Shown here one piece after another: positions 48,407-59,600 of a stretch of DNA of 64,000 nucleotides. Under the pieces are notes generated by a model, which was given only the letters and a program-made list of their open reading frames with translations, was not told the DNA's origin and did no database searches. The DNA is taken from the sequence record SRR20825006_492; one strand, written 5' to 3'. Made by a program: the position numbers and the translations under genes. Position 1 is the first letter of the stretch; every line of letters begins with the position of its first letter.

Positions 48407-50329
48407 ATGGGTGAAGAACGGGTAAAGCTGGCCGACAGTAATGAGCAGATGCAAAACTTTATGAAGTATGTGCTTAAAGATTTACGTGCGCTTAAAAAGA
48501 TGCTAGACGAAGAATGGTTCGAAACAGATACCATTCGGATTGGAGCCGAACAAGAGCTTTGCATTATCGATAAAAATGCAAAACCATTAAATATTGCAAT
48601 GCAGGCAATGGATGCCCTCGGCGAAGGAAATTACACCACGGAACTCGCTCAGTTCAATCTTGAAATTAATTTAGACCCCCTAGAGTTTACAGGAAATTGC
48701 CTTTCTGAGTTAGAAAATAACTTACAAACAGAAGTAGAATACGTCCGTAAAACCATACAGGGTTTAGGTGGGGATATTTTGCTAACGGGAATTCTACCAA
48801 CCATTCGAAAGTCAGATGTAAATATTGAAAACCTCACACCACTTCCACGTTACCAAGCACTTTGCGATGCAATAGATAAACAGCGAGGAAAGGAATACGA
48901 GCTTCGCATTCAAGGAATGGACGAGCTTTTAATGAAATTTGATACACCTTTGCTGGAAGGCTGTAACACGGGATATCAAGTTCATTTGCAGGTGAAACCA
49001 AAAGAATTTGTTTCGAAATATAACATCGCGCAAGCGGTAACAGCTCCAGTTTTGGCAAGTGCAGTAAATTCACCGGTTCTTTTTGGGAAACGACTTTGGG
49101 CAGAAACAAGAATTGCGTTATTTCATCAATCAGTAGATACACGTTCGGTTGGTGAGCATTTAAGAGATAGTAGCCCTCGTGTTACTTTTGGAAACGCTTG
49201 GCTCAAAGATAGTATCCTCGATATTTACAAAGAAGATATTTCTAGATACCGCGTAATGCTCAGTTCTGATGTGGTTGAAAATGTAGATGAGCTAATGAAG
49301 AAGGGAATTCCACCCGAGTTGATGGCGCTTAAAGTTCACAACGGAACGGTTTATCGATGGAATAGACCTTGTTACGGTGTTGCAGGTGGCGTTCCGCATC
49401 TAAGAATAGAAAACCGCGTGTTTCCTTCAGGTCCAACAGTTGTGGATGAAATCGCAAATACGGCTTTTTGGTTAGGTTTGCTAAATGGCTTTGAAGATGA
49501 ATACGCAGATATCACTAAAGAATTAGATTTTGATGATGCGAAGATGAACTTTTTTGCGGCTTCAAAACTGGGAATGGATACCAAGTTTGTTTGGACTAAA
49601 GATCGAAAGATATCAGCAAGAAATTTGATTAAAGATGAACTTTTACCTATTGCAAAACATGGTTTAGAAAAGGCTGGGATTAATAAATCTGATTTAGATA
49701 CTTATTTAGGGGTCATACAAGATAGAGTTGAATCGTCTAAAACGGGTGCATATTGGGTCGTGAAATCATACAGCAATCTCATTAAAGATTCCAATCGAGA
49801 ACAAACTCTTTCTACCATAACCAAAGCAATGGCAATGAACCAAAAGAAAGGTGAGCCGGTGCATAAATGGGGCCTTGCGAGGGTAGAAGATGTTGACCAT
49901 GGAAAACCATCAAGTTTATTGGTGGAAGAATTTATGACTACTGATTTATTCACCGCTCGAAAAGATGATTTAACTGAATTTGCTGCAAATTTGATGGATT
50001 GGAGGCGAATTAGATATGTCCCTGTAGAGGATGATCAAAAACATTTGGTGGGCTTAATTTCGATGCGAATGATTTTAAGAGAATACTCCAAGATAATTCA
50101 CGAAGAAGATAGTTCGGGGCATTCCATTGAAGATATTATGATAACAAACCCAATTACTATTCACCCTGAAGCGAGCATAATGGAGGCCATGACGATTATG
50201 CAAGAGCAAAAAATAGGCTGTTTGCCCGTTGTAAAGAACAGTAGATTAGTTGGAGTTATAACAGAAGAAAATTTCATGAATATAAGTCGGCGCTTGTTGA
50301 AAGCGCTAGCGAACGAAAAGGAAAGTTAA
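48407..50329 (+). CDS. Glutamate-cysteine ligase (GCS2)-like carboxylate-amine ligase fused to a CBS-domain pair (alternative ATG 48398)
   Basis: IGAEQE, TTELAQFNLEIN, QVHLQV, NSP, WAETRI, YRWNRPCY, HLRIENR; C-terminal CBS motifs FMTTDL..VPVED and IMITNP..IGCLPVV. Confidence 0.82.
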   Translation: MGEERVKLADSNEQMQNFMKYVLKDLRALKKMLDEEWFETDTIRIGAEQELCIIDKNAKPLNIAMQAMDALGEGNYTTELAQFNLEINLDPLEFTGNCLSELENNLQTEVEYVRKTIQGLGGDILLTGILPTIRKSDVNIENLTPLPRYQALCDAIDKQRGKEYELRIQGMDELLMKFDTPLLEGCNTGYQVHLQVKPKEFVSKYNIAQAVTAPVLASAVNSPVLFGKRLWAETRIALFHQSVDTRSVGEHLRDSSPRVTFGNAWLKDSILDIYKEDISRYRVMLSSDVVENVDELMKKGIPPELMALKVHNGTVYRWNRPCYGVAGGVPHLRIENRVFPSGPTVVDEIANTAFWLGLLNGFEDEYADITKELDFDDAKMNFFAASKLGMDTKFVWTKDRKISARNLIKDELLPIAKHGLEKAGINKSDLDTYLGVIQDRVESSKTGAYWVVKSYSNLIKDSNREQTLSTITKAMAMNQKKGEPVHKWGLARVEDVDHGKPSSLLVEEFMTTDLFTARKDDLTEFAANLMDWRRIRYVPVEDDQKHLVGLISMRMILREYSKIIHEEDSSGHSIEDIMITNPITIHPEASIMEAMTIMQEQKIGCLPVVKNSRLVGVITEENFMNISRRLLKALANEKES

Positions 50330-51289
50330 TTGGATACTGCGTCAGAAACTGAAGCAAAAAGTGACTTAATAAAAACTTCTCCTCATTTATTGGGAGACAT
50401 CAGAGGGGCAAATCCTGGTCCAACAGTCATTGCAATGGGAGGTATACACGGAAATGAAGCTACAAGTATTTCTGCAATCCGCCATGCTTTAGAATTGTTA
50501 GCACCGCTGCAAGAAGAAATGAAAGGTCGTTTTATAGGTGTTCAGGGAAATATTTCGGCACTTAAAAAAGGAATGCGGTTTAATACAGAGGATATGAACC
50601 GTTTATGGGTGGCTTCTATACTGGATAAAATTAGGAGAACATCAACGGAAAACCTAGCCTCAATTGATAGAGCAGAGATAAAAGAATTATTAAAGGTTTT
50701 AGATCCTATTGTCTACTCTGAAAGTGCTGAAGAGATTATTTTTATTGACTTACATACGTTTTCTGGAAAAGGTGGAATGTTTTGCATCACCCCACGTAAA
50801 GAGCGGAATATCGAAGTATTGAGTCAGCTTAAAATCCCTCTTATTTTTGGAATTGAACAAGCTCTTCAAGGCACTTCAATGGAGTATGTGGATGATGCTG
50901 GTCACATTGGCTTTGCTTTTGAAACAGGAACACATGGCACAAAGATTGCCGAAGATAATGCGTATGCAGGGCTTCTTATTTTATTGGTAAGCTCTGGCCT
51001 TATTTCTGCTAAAAAGTTGCAAGGCTTTGATCAATACTATGATTATTTGATGGGGAAAGTAGAGCAATATCCACATAAAGTAGAATATGTGTATAAGCAT
51101 ATTATTGAGGAAGAAGATAATTTTGTGATGCTTGCTGGATTCAAGAATTTTGATTCCATCAAAAAAGGCGATTTATTGGCCAACGATAGAAATGGTGAGA
51201 TTCGTTCTCTATCCGACGGCTATGTGCTAATGCCACTCTATCAGAAACAGGGCAATGATGGGTTTTTTATAGTAAGAGATTGTGAATAG
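50330..51289 (+). CDS. Succinylglutamate desuccinylase/aspartoacylase family (M14-like Zn deacylase)
   Basis: GGIHGNE, DMNRLW, IDLHT, FETG; starts immediately after the ligase stop. Confidence 0.85.
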   Translation: MDTASETEAKSDLIKTSPHLLGDIRGANPGPTVIAMGGIHGNEATSISAIRHALELLAPLQEEMKGRFIGVQGNISALKKGMRFNTEDMNRLWVASILDKIRRTSTENLASIDRAEIKELLKVLDPIVYSESAEEIIFIDLHTFSGKGGMFCITPRKERNIEVLSQLKIPLIFGIEQALQGTSMEYVDDAGHIGFAFETGTHGTKIAEDNAYAGLLILLVSSGLISAKKLQGFDQYYDYLMGKVEQYPHKVEYVYKHIIEEEDNFVMLAGFKNFDSIKKGDLLANDRNGEIRSLSDGYVLMPLYQKQGNDGFFIVRDCE

Positions 51290-51378
51290 GAGAGATTAGA
51301 ACGTAATTTCTGCCGTAGTGTTTTTGATCACAAGAGGCTTATTTTAGAATATTACTTTGAAATTGAAAATGATATAAA

Positions 51379-52116
51379 GTGAATAAGAATTTAAATGATT
51401 ACCAGTTTATAGACGGAACAAGGCTGTCCTCTGTGATAGAGGCGTTGATCTTTGCGAGTGAGGAGCCTATTTCTGGCGATAAAATCAGAACCATTATTAC
51501 AGACAACGAAGAGCAGATTGAGATTTCTGAAGAAACTGTTGAAGATTTTGTAGATAAGCTGAACGCACGTTACGAAGAACAAGCGATAAGCTTTCGAATT
51601 GAAAAAATGGCAGGAGGGTACACCTTCCTTACCCATAAGAAATTTCATTTTTGGTTGAGCGTTTTTCAGCATGAAAATGCATACCGAAAGCTATCTCAAT
51701 CTGCCATAGAAAGCCTTGCAATAGTGGCTTATAAACAGCCGATTACAAAACCTGAAGTCGATCATATAAGAGGTGTGGACTCTGGATACATTCTTCGTCA
51801 GCTTATGGAGAAAGCGCTAATAGAGGTAGCTGGAAGAGCTGATAGACCTGGCAAACCATTGCTTTATCGAACAACGAAACATTTTCTTCGGCACTTCGGA
51901 ATCAATTCTGTAAATGAGCTTCCAAAACCAAGAGAAATAGAAGAGATATTGAAAGATGATGATATGGCTGAACATCGCCAGTTGTTATTAGAGCAATCAA
52001 TGATTTTGGATGACGAGAAAGAAAATCCAGCAGAAAGAAGAACATTTATCGAAAAAAATATATTCGATGACTCCGAGCGCGAAGAAAATGAGGAGTCAGA
52101 CTCAGAAGAAGAATAG
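51379..52116 (+). CDS. scpB: SMC-Scp complex subunit ScpB
   Basis: IEALIFAS.EP, LSQSAIESLAIVAYKQPITK.EVD.IRGV, GKPLLYRTT..FL..FG...ELP. Confidence 0.94.
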   Translation: MNKNLNDYQFIDGTRLSSVIEALIFASEEPISGDKIRTIITDNEEQIEISEETVEDFVDKLNARYEEQAISFRIEKMAGGYTFLTHKKFHFWLSVFQHENAYRKLSQSAIESLAIVAYKQPITKPEVDHIRGVDSGYILRQLMEKALIEVAGRADRPGKPLLYRTTKHFLRHFGINSVNELPKPREIEEILKDDDMAEHRQLLLEQSMILDDEKENPAERRTFIEKNIFDDSEREENEESDSEEE

Positions 52117-52162
52117 TTAGAAATATGAATAAACTAGCTATACGATTTGTTATCTTATAAGT

Positions 52163-53056
52163 ATGAAAAAACCGAGAAGTACACCAAGTTCTAGAAACCG
52201 AAATCAAAAAACTGATAACAATCAGAAATCATCAAGAGGTGCTGTTAAGAAGGCACCTTTAAAACTGAATGTAAAGATTGACAAGAATCCTATCAAAGTT
52301 GATCAGAATTATTCAGATACCGATGAGATTAGGTTGAACAAATACATTGCTCACGCTGGATTGTGTAGCAGAAGAGAAGCCGACAAGCTCATTGCTGGAG
52401 GAAAAGTTAAGATTAATGGGAAATCAGCAAGTGAATTGGGCGTTTCTGTTAGGCGCACTGATAAAATTGAGGTAGATGGCCAACGGATTAGCTTAGAGTC
52501 GTTTGTATATCTACTTCTGAACAAACCACGTAACACCATTACCACCACCGATGATGAGCGCGGAAGAAATACAGTGTTAGATGAAGTTGAGAACGCTACG
52601 GGTTCTCGAGTGTATCCCGTAGGACGTTTAGATAGGAATACAACAGGTCTTTTATTGCTAACTAATGATGGTGATTTAACGCATAGATTGATGCATCCTA
52701 GCTATAAAGTTCGGAAAACCTATGAAGTTGAATCTCAACGAGAGTTAAATGATGGTGAATTAGCACAACTTAGAAAAGGCGTTGAACTTGAAGATGGTAT
52801 TGCGAAAGGGCATAATATTCAACGATATGCAGATATACCTAGAACTATTTTAATTTCGGTTTTTGAAGGAAGAAACCATCTTATCCGCAGAATGGTTGCC
52901 CATTTTGGAACAGAGGTTGTCAAATTAAAACGTGTTGAATATGCGGGTTTGAACTTGAAAGATGTGAAAATAGGGCGCTGGAGATTTCTAAAGCAAAAAG
53001 AAGTGAATAACCTAAGAAAATTGGTAAAATTAGAGGCTCTCGATTTTAAAAAGTAA
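52163..53056 (+). CDS. rluB: RsuA/RluB-family pseudouridine synthase
   Basis: RLNKYIA..G.CSRREAD S4 domain; LLNKP; PVGRLDRNTTGLLLLTNDG; EGRNH; scpB-rluB synteny. Confidence 0.85.
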   Translation: MKKPRSTPSSRNRNQKTDNNQKSSRGAVKKAPLKLNVKIDKNPIKVDQNYSDTDEIRLNKYIAHAGLCSRREADKLIAGGKVKINGKSASELGVSVRRTDKIEVDGQRISLESFVYLLLNKPRNTITTTDDERGRNTVLDEVENATGSRVYPVGRLDRNTTGLLLLTNDGDLTHRLMHPSYKVRKTYEVESQRELNDGELAQLRKGVELEDGIAKGHNIQRYADIPRTILISVFEGRNHLIRRMVAHFGTEVVKLKRVEYAGLNLKDVKIGRWRFLKQKEVNNLRKLVKLEALDFKK

Positions 53057-53062
53057 CAATTT

Positions 53063-53938
53063 ATGGAGTTTGAAAATATAGCGATTTCATCAGGGAGCGT
53101 GCTTAGTAGTGAAGAACTACCAATTAAGTACGATTTATATGTGCCTATAAGTGGCACTAATAAACATTTTCCTATAGTTATATTTCTTCATGGATTTAAA
53201 GGTTTTAAAGACTGGGGTCCATTTCCCGATGCTTGCGAAGAGCTTGCCCGAACAGGTTTTGGGGTTTTGGCTATTAATCATTCTCATAATGGAATTGGTA
53301 ACGGAAGAACAGTTTACGAACGATTAGATTTGTTCGAACAAAATACGCTTTCCAAAGATTTAGATGACGTGAAGGTGATGATTGGTGCCCTTCAGTCTGG
53401 AGAAGTAAATAACGCACATGCACAGTTAAACACAGATGTAATTGGAATAGTTGGCCATTCAAGAGGAGGGCATACTGCTATTGCTGCTGCGGCTGAATTT
53501 GAGTCGATTAGATGTTTAGTAACATGGGCTTCTGTTTCAGATTACTTAGCTCGAGTTTCAGATAAAGAGAAAAAAGATTGGGAAGGACAAGGTTTTACGG
53601 AGTATAAAAACTCAAGAACGAATCAAATAATGAAAGTGAGTCGTTCTTTTTATGACGATTTGGTAGCTAATGCAGATTTATTAATAGCACAAAGGCGTGC
53701 GAAAGATTTAAGAATTCCATCGTTGTTTATTCATGGCCGAGATGATGAGTCAGTGCCGTATACAAGTTCAGAGCGACTTCATATAGACTGTTCAGCAAAA
53801 AATAAAGAATTGAGATTTATTGCAAATGCAGGCCATACTTTTGGAGGAGCCCATCCTTTTGAAGAAGAATTTTTCCCACCTCAGTTTAAGGAGCTAGTAG
53901 AATTTACAACTAGTTGGTTTAGACAATACCTACGTTAA
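53063..53938 (+). CDS. Alpha/beta hydrolase
   Basis: HGFKGFKDWG; nucleophile GHSRG; HGRDD; AGHTF. Confidence 0.85.
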   Translation: MEFENIAISSGSVLSSEELPIKYDLYVPISGTNKHFPIVIFLHGFKGFKDWGPFPDACEELARTGFGVLAINHSHNGIGNGRTVYERLDLFEQNTLSKDLDDVKVMIGALQSGEVNNAHAQLNTDVIGIVGHSRGGHTAIAAAAEFESIRCLVTWASVSDYLARVSDKEKKDWEGQGFTEYKNSRTNQIMKVSRSFYDDLVANADLLIAQRRAKDLRIPSLFIHGRDDESVPYTSSERLHIDCSAKNKELRFIANAGHTFGGAHPFEEEFFPPQFKELVEFTTSWFRQYLR

Positions 53939-54056
53939 GAAAAGCGCTTCCAATTTTTAATATTTTTAACACGTAATAGGATAATATTTCTTGATTCCCA
54001 CGTGACTTTCCCTCACCTTAACTCACTTTCAAATTTTCATAAAATAAATAAGAAAT

Positions 54057-56549
54057 ATGAGCTACGGAATAAAGATGATTGGCAAAACTATTGCCTTTTC
54101 GCTCTGTTTTGTATTGGTAGTAAGCGGTTGTAAGACAACCGACTCTGCAACTAAAAGCAAAGCGAGCGCTTCTGCAATGGCTAAACGCCCTGCTTCCACT
54201 AAGAGTGGAATGAAAAAATACAGTGAGGTTATTACTAAAGACGCTGTAAGTGATGATGGTTTATTTGATGTTCACAAAGTAGATGACTCGTATTTTTTCG
54301 AGATTCCTAATGAACTATTAGATAGAGAAATGTTACTCGTAACTCGAGTATCAGGTTCAGTACAAAATCTTAGCTTTGGTGGTGCAGGACAAAAAGTTCG
54401 TGGCCAACAAGTACTACGTTGGGAAAGAAAAGACGACAATATTTTGCTCCGTCATGTTTCTTACTCTAGTGTAGCTGATGCTGACGATCCAATTTACAAA
54501 TCAGTTCGTAATAACAATTTTGAGCCAGTAGTTTTTAGCTTTAAAATTGAAGCACTGAGCAAAGATACGTCTGGTGTAGTTATTGATGTAACTAAATTAT
54601 ACACCACAGATGTAAACCTATTAAGTGGTTTAACTGATGGTCAAAGAAAAAGCTTCCAAGTTCGTCGTTTAGATGGAAGTAGAAGTTTTATTGAAAGAGT
54701 GACTAGCTACCCTGAAAACTTAGAAGTACGCCATGTACTTACCTATGACGCTAGTAGCCCTCCAGACAATAGAGACACAGGAACTATTTCTCTGGAAGTA
54801 AATCAGTCCATGATATTACTGCCTTCAGAGCCAATGACTCCTAGAAATTATGATGAAAGAGTTGGTTACTTCTCAATTGGACAATACGATTATAGTTCTG
54901 ATGAGCATAAAGCAGCTACAAATCGTTTTATCACTCGTTATAAGCTTGTTCCAAAAGACAAAGAAGCTTATCTAAGAGGTGAACTAGTAGAGCCAGTTGA
55001 GCCTATTGTTTACTACTTAGATCCTGCTACACCTGTAAAATGGAGAAAATATTTAGTTCAAGGTATTAATGATTGGCAAGTAGCTTTTGAAGAAGCTGGT
55101 TTCAAAAATGCAATTATTGGTAAAGTAGCTCCAACTCCAGAAGAAGACCCAGAGTTTTCTCCAGAAGATGTTCGCTACTCTGTAATGCGTTATATCACTA
55201 ACCCAATTCAGAATGCTCAAGGCCCACACGTACATGATCCACGTACAGGTCAAATTCTTGAAAGTGATATCTTATGGTACCACAACATCCAAAATTTATT
55301 ACGCAACTGGTATTTTATCCAAACTGCGGCCTCAAATCCAGATGCACGTAATGCTAAGATGTCAGATGAGATTATGGGCGAAATGCTTCGTTTCGTAATG
55401 GCTCATGAACTTGGCCATACTTTAGGTCTTCCTCATAACATGGGTTCTAGCGTAGGTTACACTGTTGATCAATTGAGAGATCCAGAGTTTACTTCAACTC
55501 ATGGTACCGCTCCTTCAATTATGGATTATGCTCGTTTCAATTACATCGCTCAACCAGGTGATGGCGTTACTCAGTACTATCCACAAATTGGCGAGTATGA
55601 CAAATGGTCTATCAAATGGGGATACAGCTGGATTCCAGATGTAAAAAAACCAGATGATGAAAAAGAGACTCTTAATGAGTGGATTGTGAAAAATGGAGAC
55701 GACCCTCTATACTGGTTCGGATACGCAACTGGTGCTGATCCTCGTTCACAAACAGAAGCTATTGGCGACGATGCTATGAAAGCAAGTGAGCTTGGTCTTG
55801 CAAATCTTCAGGTTATCACTACCAATTTAATTGATTGGATTGAAAAAGATGGTGAGAACTATGAAGACTTAGATGAGCTTTACAGTAATGTTATTGGCCA
55901 GTGGAGAAGATATATGGGCCATGTTACTACTTATGTAGGTGGTGTTTATCAAACCTACAAAACGTACGAACAAAATGGTGCCGTATACACAACTGTATCT
56001 GAAAAAGATCAAAAAAGAGCAATGGATTTCTTGAATAAGCATGCTTTTTCTACACCAACTTGGGCGTTTAACCAAGACATCTTAAGCAGAATTAATCAGT
56101 CATCAGCTGTTGAGACATTTAGAAGTGCGCAAGCAGGTGCTCTTAATAGCCTACTAGATCCTTCTAGATTAGGACGCTTAATAGACTCAGAAAGTCGTGC
56201 AGACGGACCTGTTTATACTCTTATCGAAATGATGGATGATGTAAGAAACGGAGTTTGGTCAGAAGCGCGTGGCAAAAAGAACATCAATGTTCATAGACGT
56301 CACTTGCAAAGAGCATATCTAGAAAGAATGGAATATTTGATGACAGAAGAACCTCCTGTAAGAAGATTCGGTGGATCTTCAGTGAATGTAACTCAATCAG
56401 ATATTAGACCTATTGTTAGAAATGAGCTAGAAATACTCAGAAAAGATATCAATAGTTCAATTGGCGGTGGAGGAATCGATCGCGCAACTCGTATTCATCT
56501 TGAAGATGCAAGAAGTAGAATAGACGAGATTTTAGATAACGAAGATTAA
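54057..56549 (+). CDS. Zinc-dependent metalloprotease lipoprotein (DUF5118/DUF5117/EcxA-like metzincin)
   Basis: Lipobox VSGC; DPRTGQI; HELGHTLGLPHN zinc motif; SIMDY Met-turn. Confidence 0.88.
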   Translation: MSYGIKMIGKTIAFSLCFVLVVSGCKTTDSATKSKASASAMAKRPASTKSGMKKYSEVITKDAVSDDGLFDVHKVDDSYFFEIPNELLDREMLLVTRVSGSVQNLSFGGAGQKVRGQQVLRWERKDDNILLRHVSYSSVADADDPIYKSVRNNNFEPVVFSFKIEALSKDTSGVVIDVTKLYTTDVNLLSGLTDGQRKSFQVRRLDGSRSFIERVTSYPENLEVRHVLTYDASSPPDNRDTGTISLEVNQSMILLPSEPMTPRNYDERVGYFSIGQYDYSSDEHKAATNRFITRYKLVPKDKEAYLRGELVEPVEPIVYYLDPATPVKWRKYLVQGINDWQVAFEEAGFKNAIIGKVAPTPEEDPEFSPEDVRYSVMRYITNPIQNAQGPHVHDPRTGQILESDILWYHNIQNLLRNWYFIQTAASNPDARNAKMSDEIMGEMLRFVMAHELGHTLGLPHNMGSSVGYTVDQLRDPEFTSTHGTAPSIMDYARFNYIAQPGDGVTQYYPQIGEYDKWSIKWGYSWIPDVKKPDDEKETLNEWIVKNGDDPLYWFGYATGADPRSQTEAIGDDAMKASELGLANLQVITTNLIDWIEKDGENYEDLDELYSNVIGQWRRYMGHVTTYVGGVYQTYKTYEQNGAVYTTVSEKDQKRAMDFLNKHAFSTPTWAFNQDILSRINQSSAVETFRSAQAGALNSLLDPSRLGRLIDSESRADGPVYTLIEMMDDVRNGVWSEARGKKNINVHRRHLQRAYLERMEYLMTEEPPVRRFGGSSVNVTQSDIRPIVRNELEILRKDINSSIGGGGIDRATRIHLEDARSRIDEILDNED

Positions 56550-56568
56550 TTTTTCATTATCTGTTTTT

Positions 56569-56599
56569 AAAGGGTAGCCAAAGAGCTACCCTTTTTTTT
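56569..56599 (+). terminator. Rho-independent terminator
   Basis: AAAGGGTAGC ... GCTACCCTTT followed by a T run. Confidence 0.88.
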
Positions 56600-56617
56600 A
56601 ACCTAATTTTTTTGACT

Positions 56618-59600
56618 ATGAAACAATTCTACAGAGTAAGTTTGGTATTCATTTTAACGCTGTTGCTCGGGACAAGTACTTCCTTTAGCCAGCAGTTAGA
56701 TATGGATTTATTGAAAGGGATGGAGCCTAGGAATATTGGTCCAGCTGGAATGAGCGGGCGAATTACCGCAATTGATGTAGTGGAAGCCGATAATGATATA
56801 ATGTACGCTGGCTCTGCTTCTGGAGGAATATGGAAATCTACTAGTGGTGGCGTTAAATGGGAACCCATTTTTGATGAATACAGCGCAGCATCAATTGGTG
56901 CAATCGACATCTATCAAAAAAACCCGAGTATTATTTGGGCAGGAACAGGTGAAGGAAACCCAAGAAATAGCCAAAGTAGTGGAGCTGGAATCTACAAAAG
57001 TATAGATGCAGGTAGAAGTTGGCAACTAATGGGATTAGAAGGCACACGAAATATCCATCGTGTAATTATTGATCCAAATAACCCAGACGTAGTTTATGTA
57101 GGAGCTCAGGGCTCAGCATGGGGCGATAGCGAAACTCGTGGAGTTTATAAAACCATCGATGGTGGAAAGACATGGAAAAAGATTTTATACAACAACCCTA
57201 GAACAGGTATAGCCGATTTAGTAATGGATCCAAATAATCCAAATAAGCTATTTGCGGCAATGTGGGAATTTAGACGCAGGCCTTGGTTCTTCAAATCAGG
57301 TGGTGAAGGTTCTGGATTATATATGACTCTTGATGGCGGTGAAAGCTGGAAAAAAGCAACTTCCGAAGATGGTTTACCAGAAGGTGAGCTTGGAAAAATG
57401 GGAATAGCTATAGCTCCAAGCAATACTAATATTGTATATGCCCATGTAGAGTCTAAAAAGAATGGAATTTATAGAAGTGATGATGGTGGTTACACTTGGA
57501 AGCTTCAACAAACAGTAGAAAAAGATGGGAATATTGGTGGAAGACCATTCTATTATGCAGAAATTTATGTAGATCCCTTTAATGAGAACAGAGTTTTTAG
57601 CATTCACACCTACATCACAAAAAGTGAAGACGGTGGGAAATCATTCGAAAGTTTATATCCATATTATAATTGGGTTCACCCCGATCATCACGCTTTTTGG
57701 TTGAGTTCAAAAAGCCCCGGAATGATGATGGATGGAAATGATGGTGGTTTGAATATCACATTTGATGGCGGCAAAAATTGGCGCTTTATCGATAACATTC
57801 CTGTAGGCCAATTCTATCATGTAGCGGTCGATGATAACATTCCTTATAACGTGTATGGCGGAATGCAAGATAACGGTTCTTGGCAAGGCCCGGCCTATGT
57901 TTGGCGATCTGGTGGAATCAGAAACGCGTATTGGGAAGAGCTTTATTTCGGTGATGGTTTTGATGTGGTAATGGATCGCAGTGATTCTAGATATGCATTT
58001 GCGATGTCTCAACAAGGAAGCATTGGTCGAGTAGATTTAGAAACAGGTGTTTCTCGGTATGTTCGCCCAACTCACCCTAATGGTGATGAACTTCGCTTCA
58101 ACTGGAACTCGGCAGTTAATTTTGATCCATTTGATTCCAAAACCATTTATTTCGGCAGTCAGTTTGTTCATAAAAGTACTGATAGAGGCGAAAGCTGGGA
58201 AATCATTTCTCCAGATTTATCCACTAACGATCCTGAAAAGCAAAACCAGCATGAAAGTGGTGGTTTAACAATGGACGCCACCGGCGCCGAGAATTTCACA
58301 ACAGTATTAGCTATTGAGCCGAGCACTCTTGAAAAAGGTTTGATTTGGGCCGGTACTGATGATGGTAATGTTCATATTACCAGAGATGGTGGAAAAAATT
58401 GGACAGATCTTACCAAGAACATCAAAGGTATTCCTGCAGGAAGCTGGGTTGCTCAAATAAAAGCTTCTACTTACAAAGCAGGCGAAGCCGTTGCGGTAAT
58501 CAATAATTATCGTCGAGATGATTGGGGAACGTACATTATGCACACAACCGATTATGGTAAAAAATGGACAAACATAGCTAAAGATAAAGGGATGGAAGGC
58601 TATGCACTTTCATTTATTCAAGACCCTGTTGCTCCAAATCTTATGTTTGCAGGAACTGAGTTAGGTCTGTATGTGACCATTGATGGCGGCAAAAAATGGA
58701 CAAAATGGACAAATAAATATCCAACCGTTTCAACCTATGATATGGTAATTCAGCCAAGAGAAGCTGATTTAGTGATAGCAACTTTCGGACGTTCGTTTTG
58801 GGTTTTGGATGACATTCGTCCTCTTAGAGATTTAGCAACAAACGGAGCAAAAGAACTAGAGAAAGCCGTTCGGATTTTTCCTGCGCCAACTGCATACGAC
58901 ATTAGCTGGCGACAAGCAGCTGGTTCTCGCTTCGCAGCCGACGCTATGTTTTCTGGTGACAACAGAGAAGATGGAGCTCGCATTACCTACTCCGTAAATA
59001 GTTCAGCATTGAAATCAGATAAAGAAGATTCTGATGACAAGAAAAAGGAAAAGGAAAAAGTGAAGTTCGAAATTTTTGATATTTCAGGTGAGAAAATCCG
59101 AACTTTTGAACGTACTCCTAGTCAAGATGGAATTAATCGTACAACTTGGGGATTAGAAATGAAAGGAGTTTCAAACCCAAGTAGAAATAAACCTCGTCCA
59201 AATGCACAAGAGCCTAGAGGTTCTACAGTTCTTCCTGGCACTTATAAGGTTAAAATAAGCTACGGTTCGTATTCCGATTCCACTTCAGTTGTGGTAGAAT
59301 CAGATCCAAGAATTGATATTCCAATGTCTGCTTTAAGAGCAAACTTAGAACTTTCAAATGAAGTGAATGCTCTTCGTGAAAAGTTGGCTAAATCGACAGC
59401 AAAGCTTGTTGAGGCTAAAGAAATAGTCGAAGTAGCAGAGAATCTTGCAAAAGCTGATAGCCGCTCTAAAGAAGAACTAAAAGCAGTTAACGAAGCGAAT
59501 AAAGCAACAGGGAAGAAGATTGATGAGTTACTAGATAGTATCTTCGGAAAACGAGATGACCGTCAAGGAATCACTCGAAATCCAGATCCAACAGTGATGA

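Noticed and set aside
51379-52116. scpB without adjacent scpA
   Set aside because: scpA may lie elsewhere in the genome; this cannot be judged from one window
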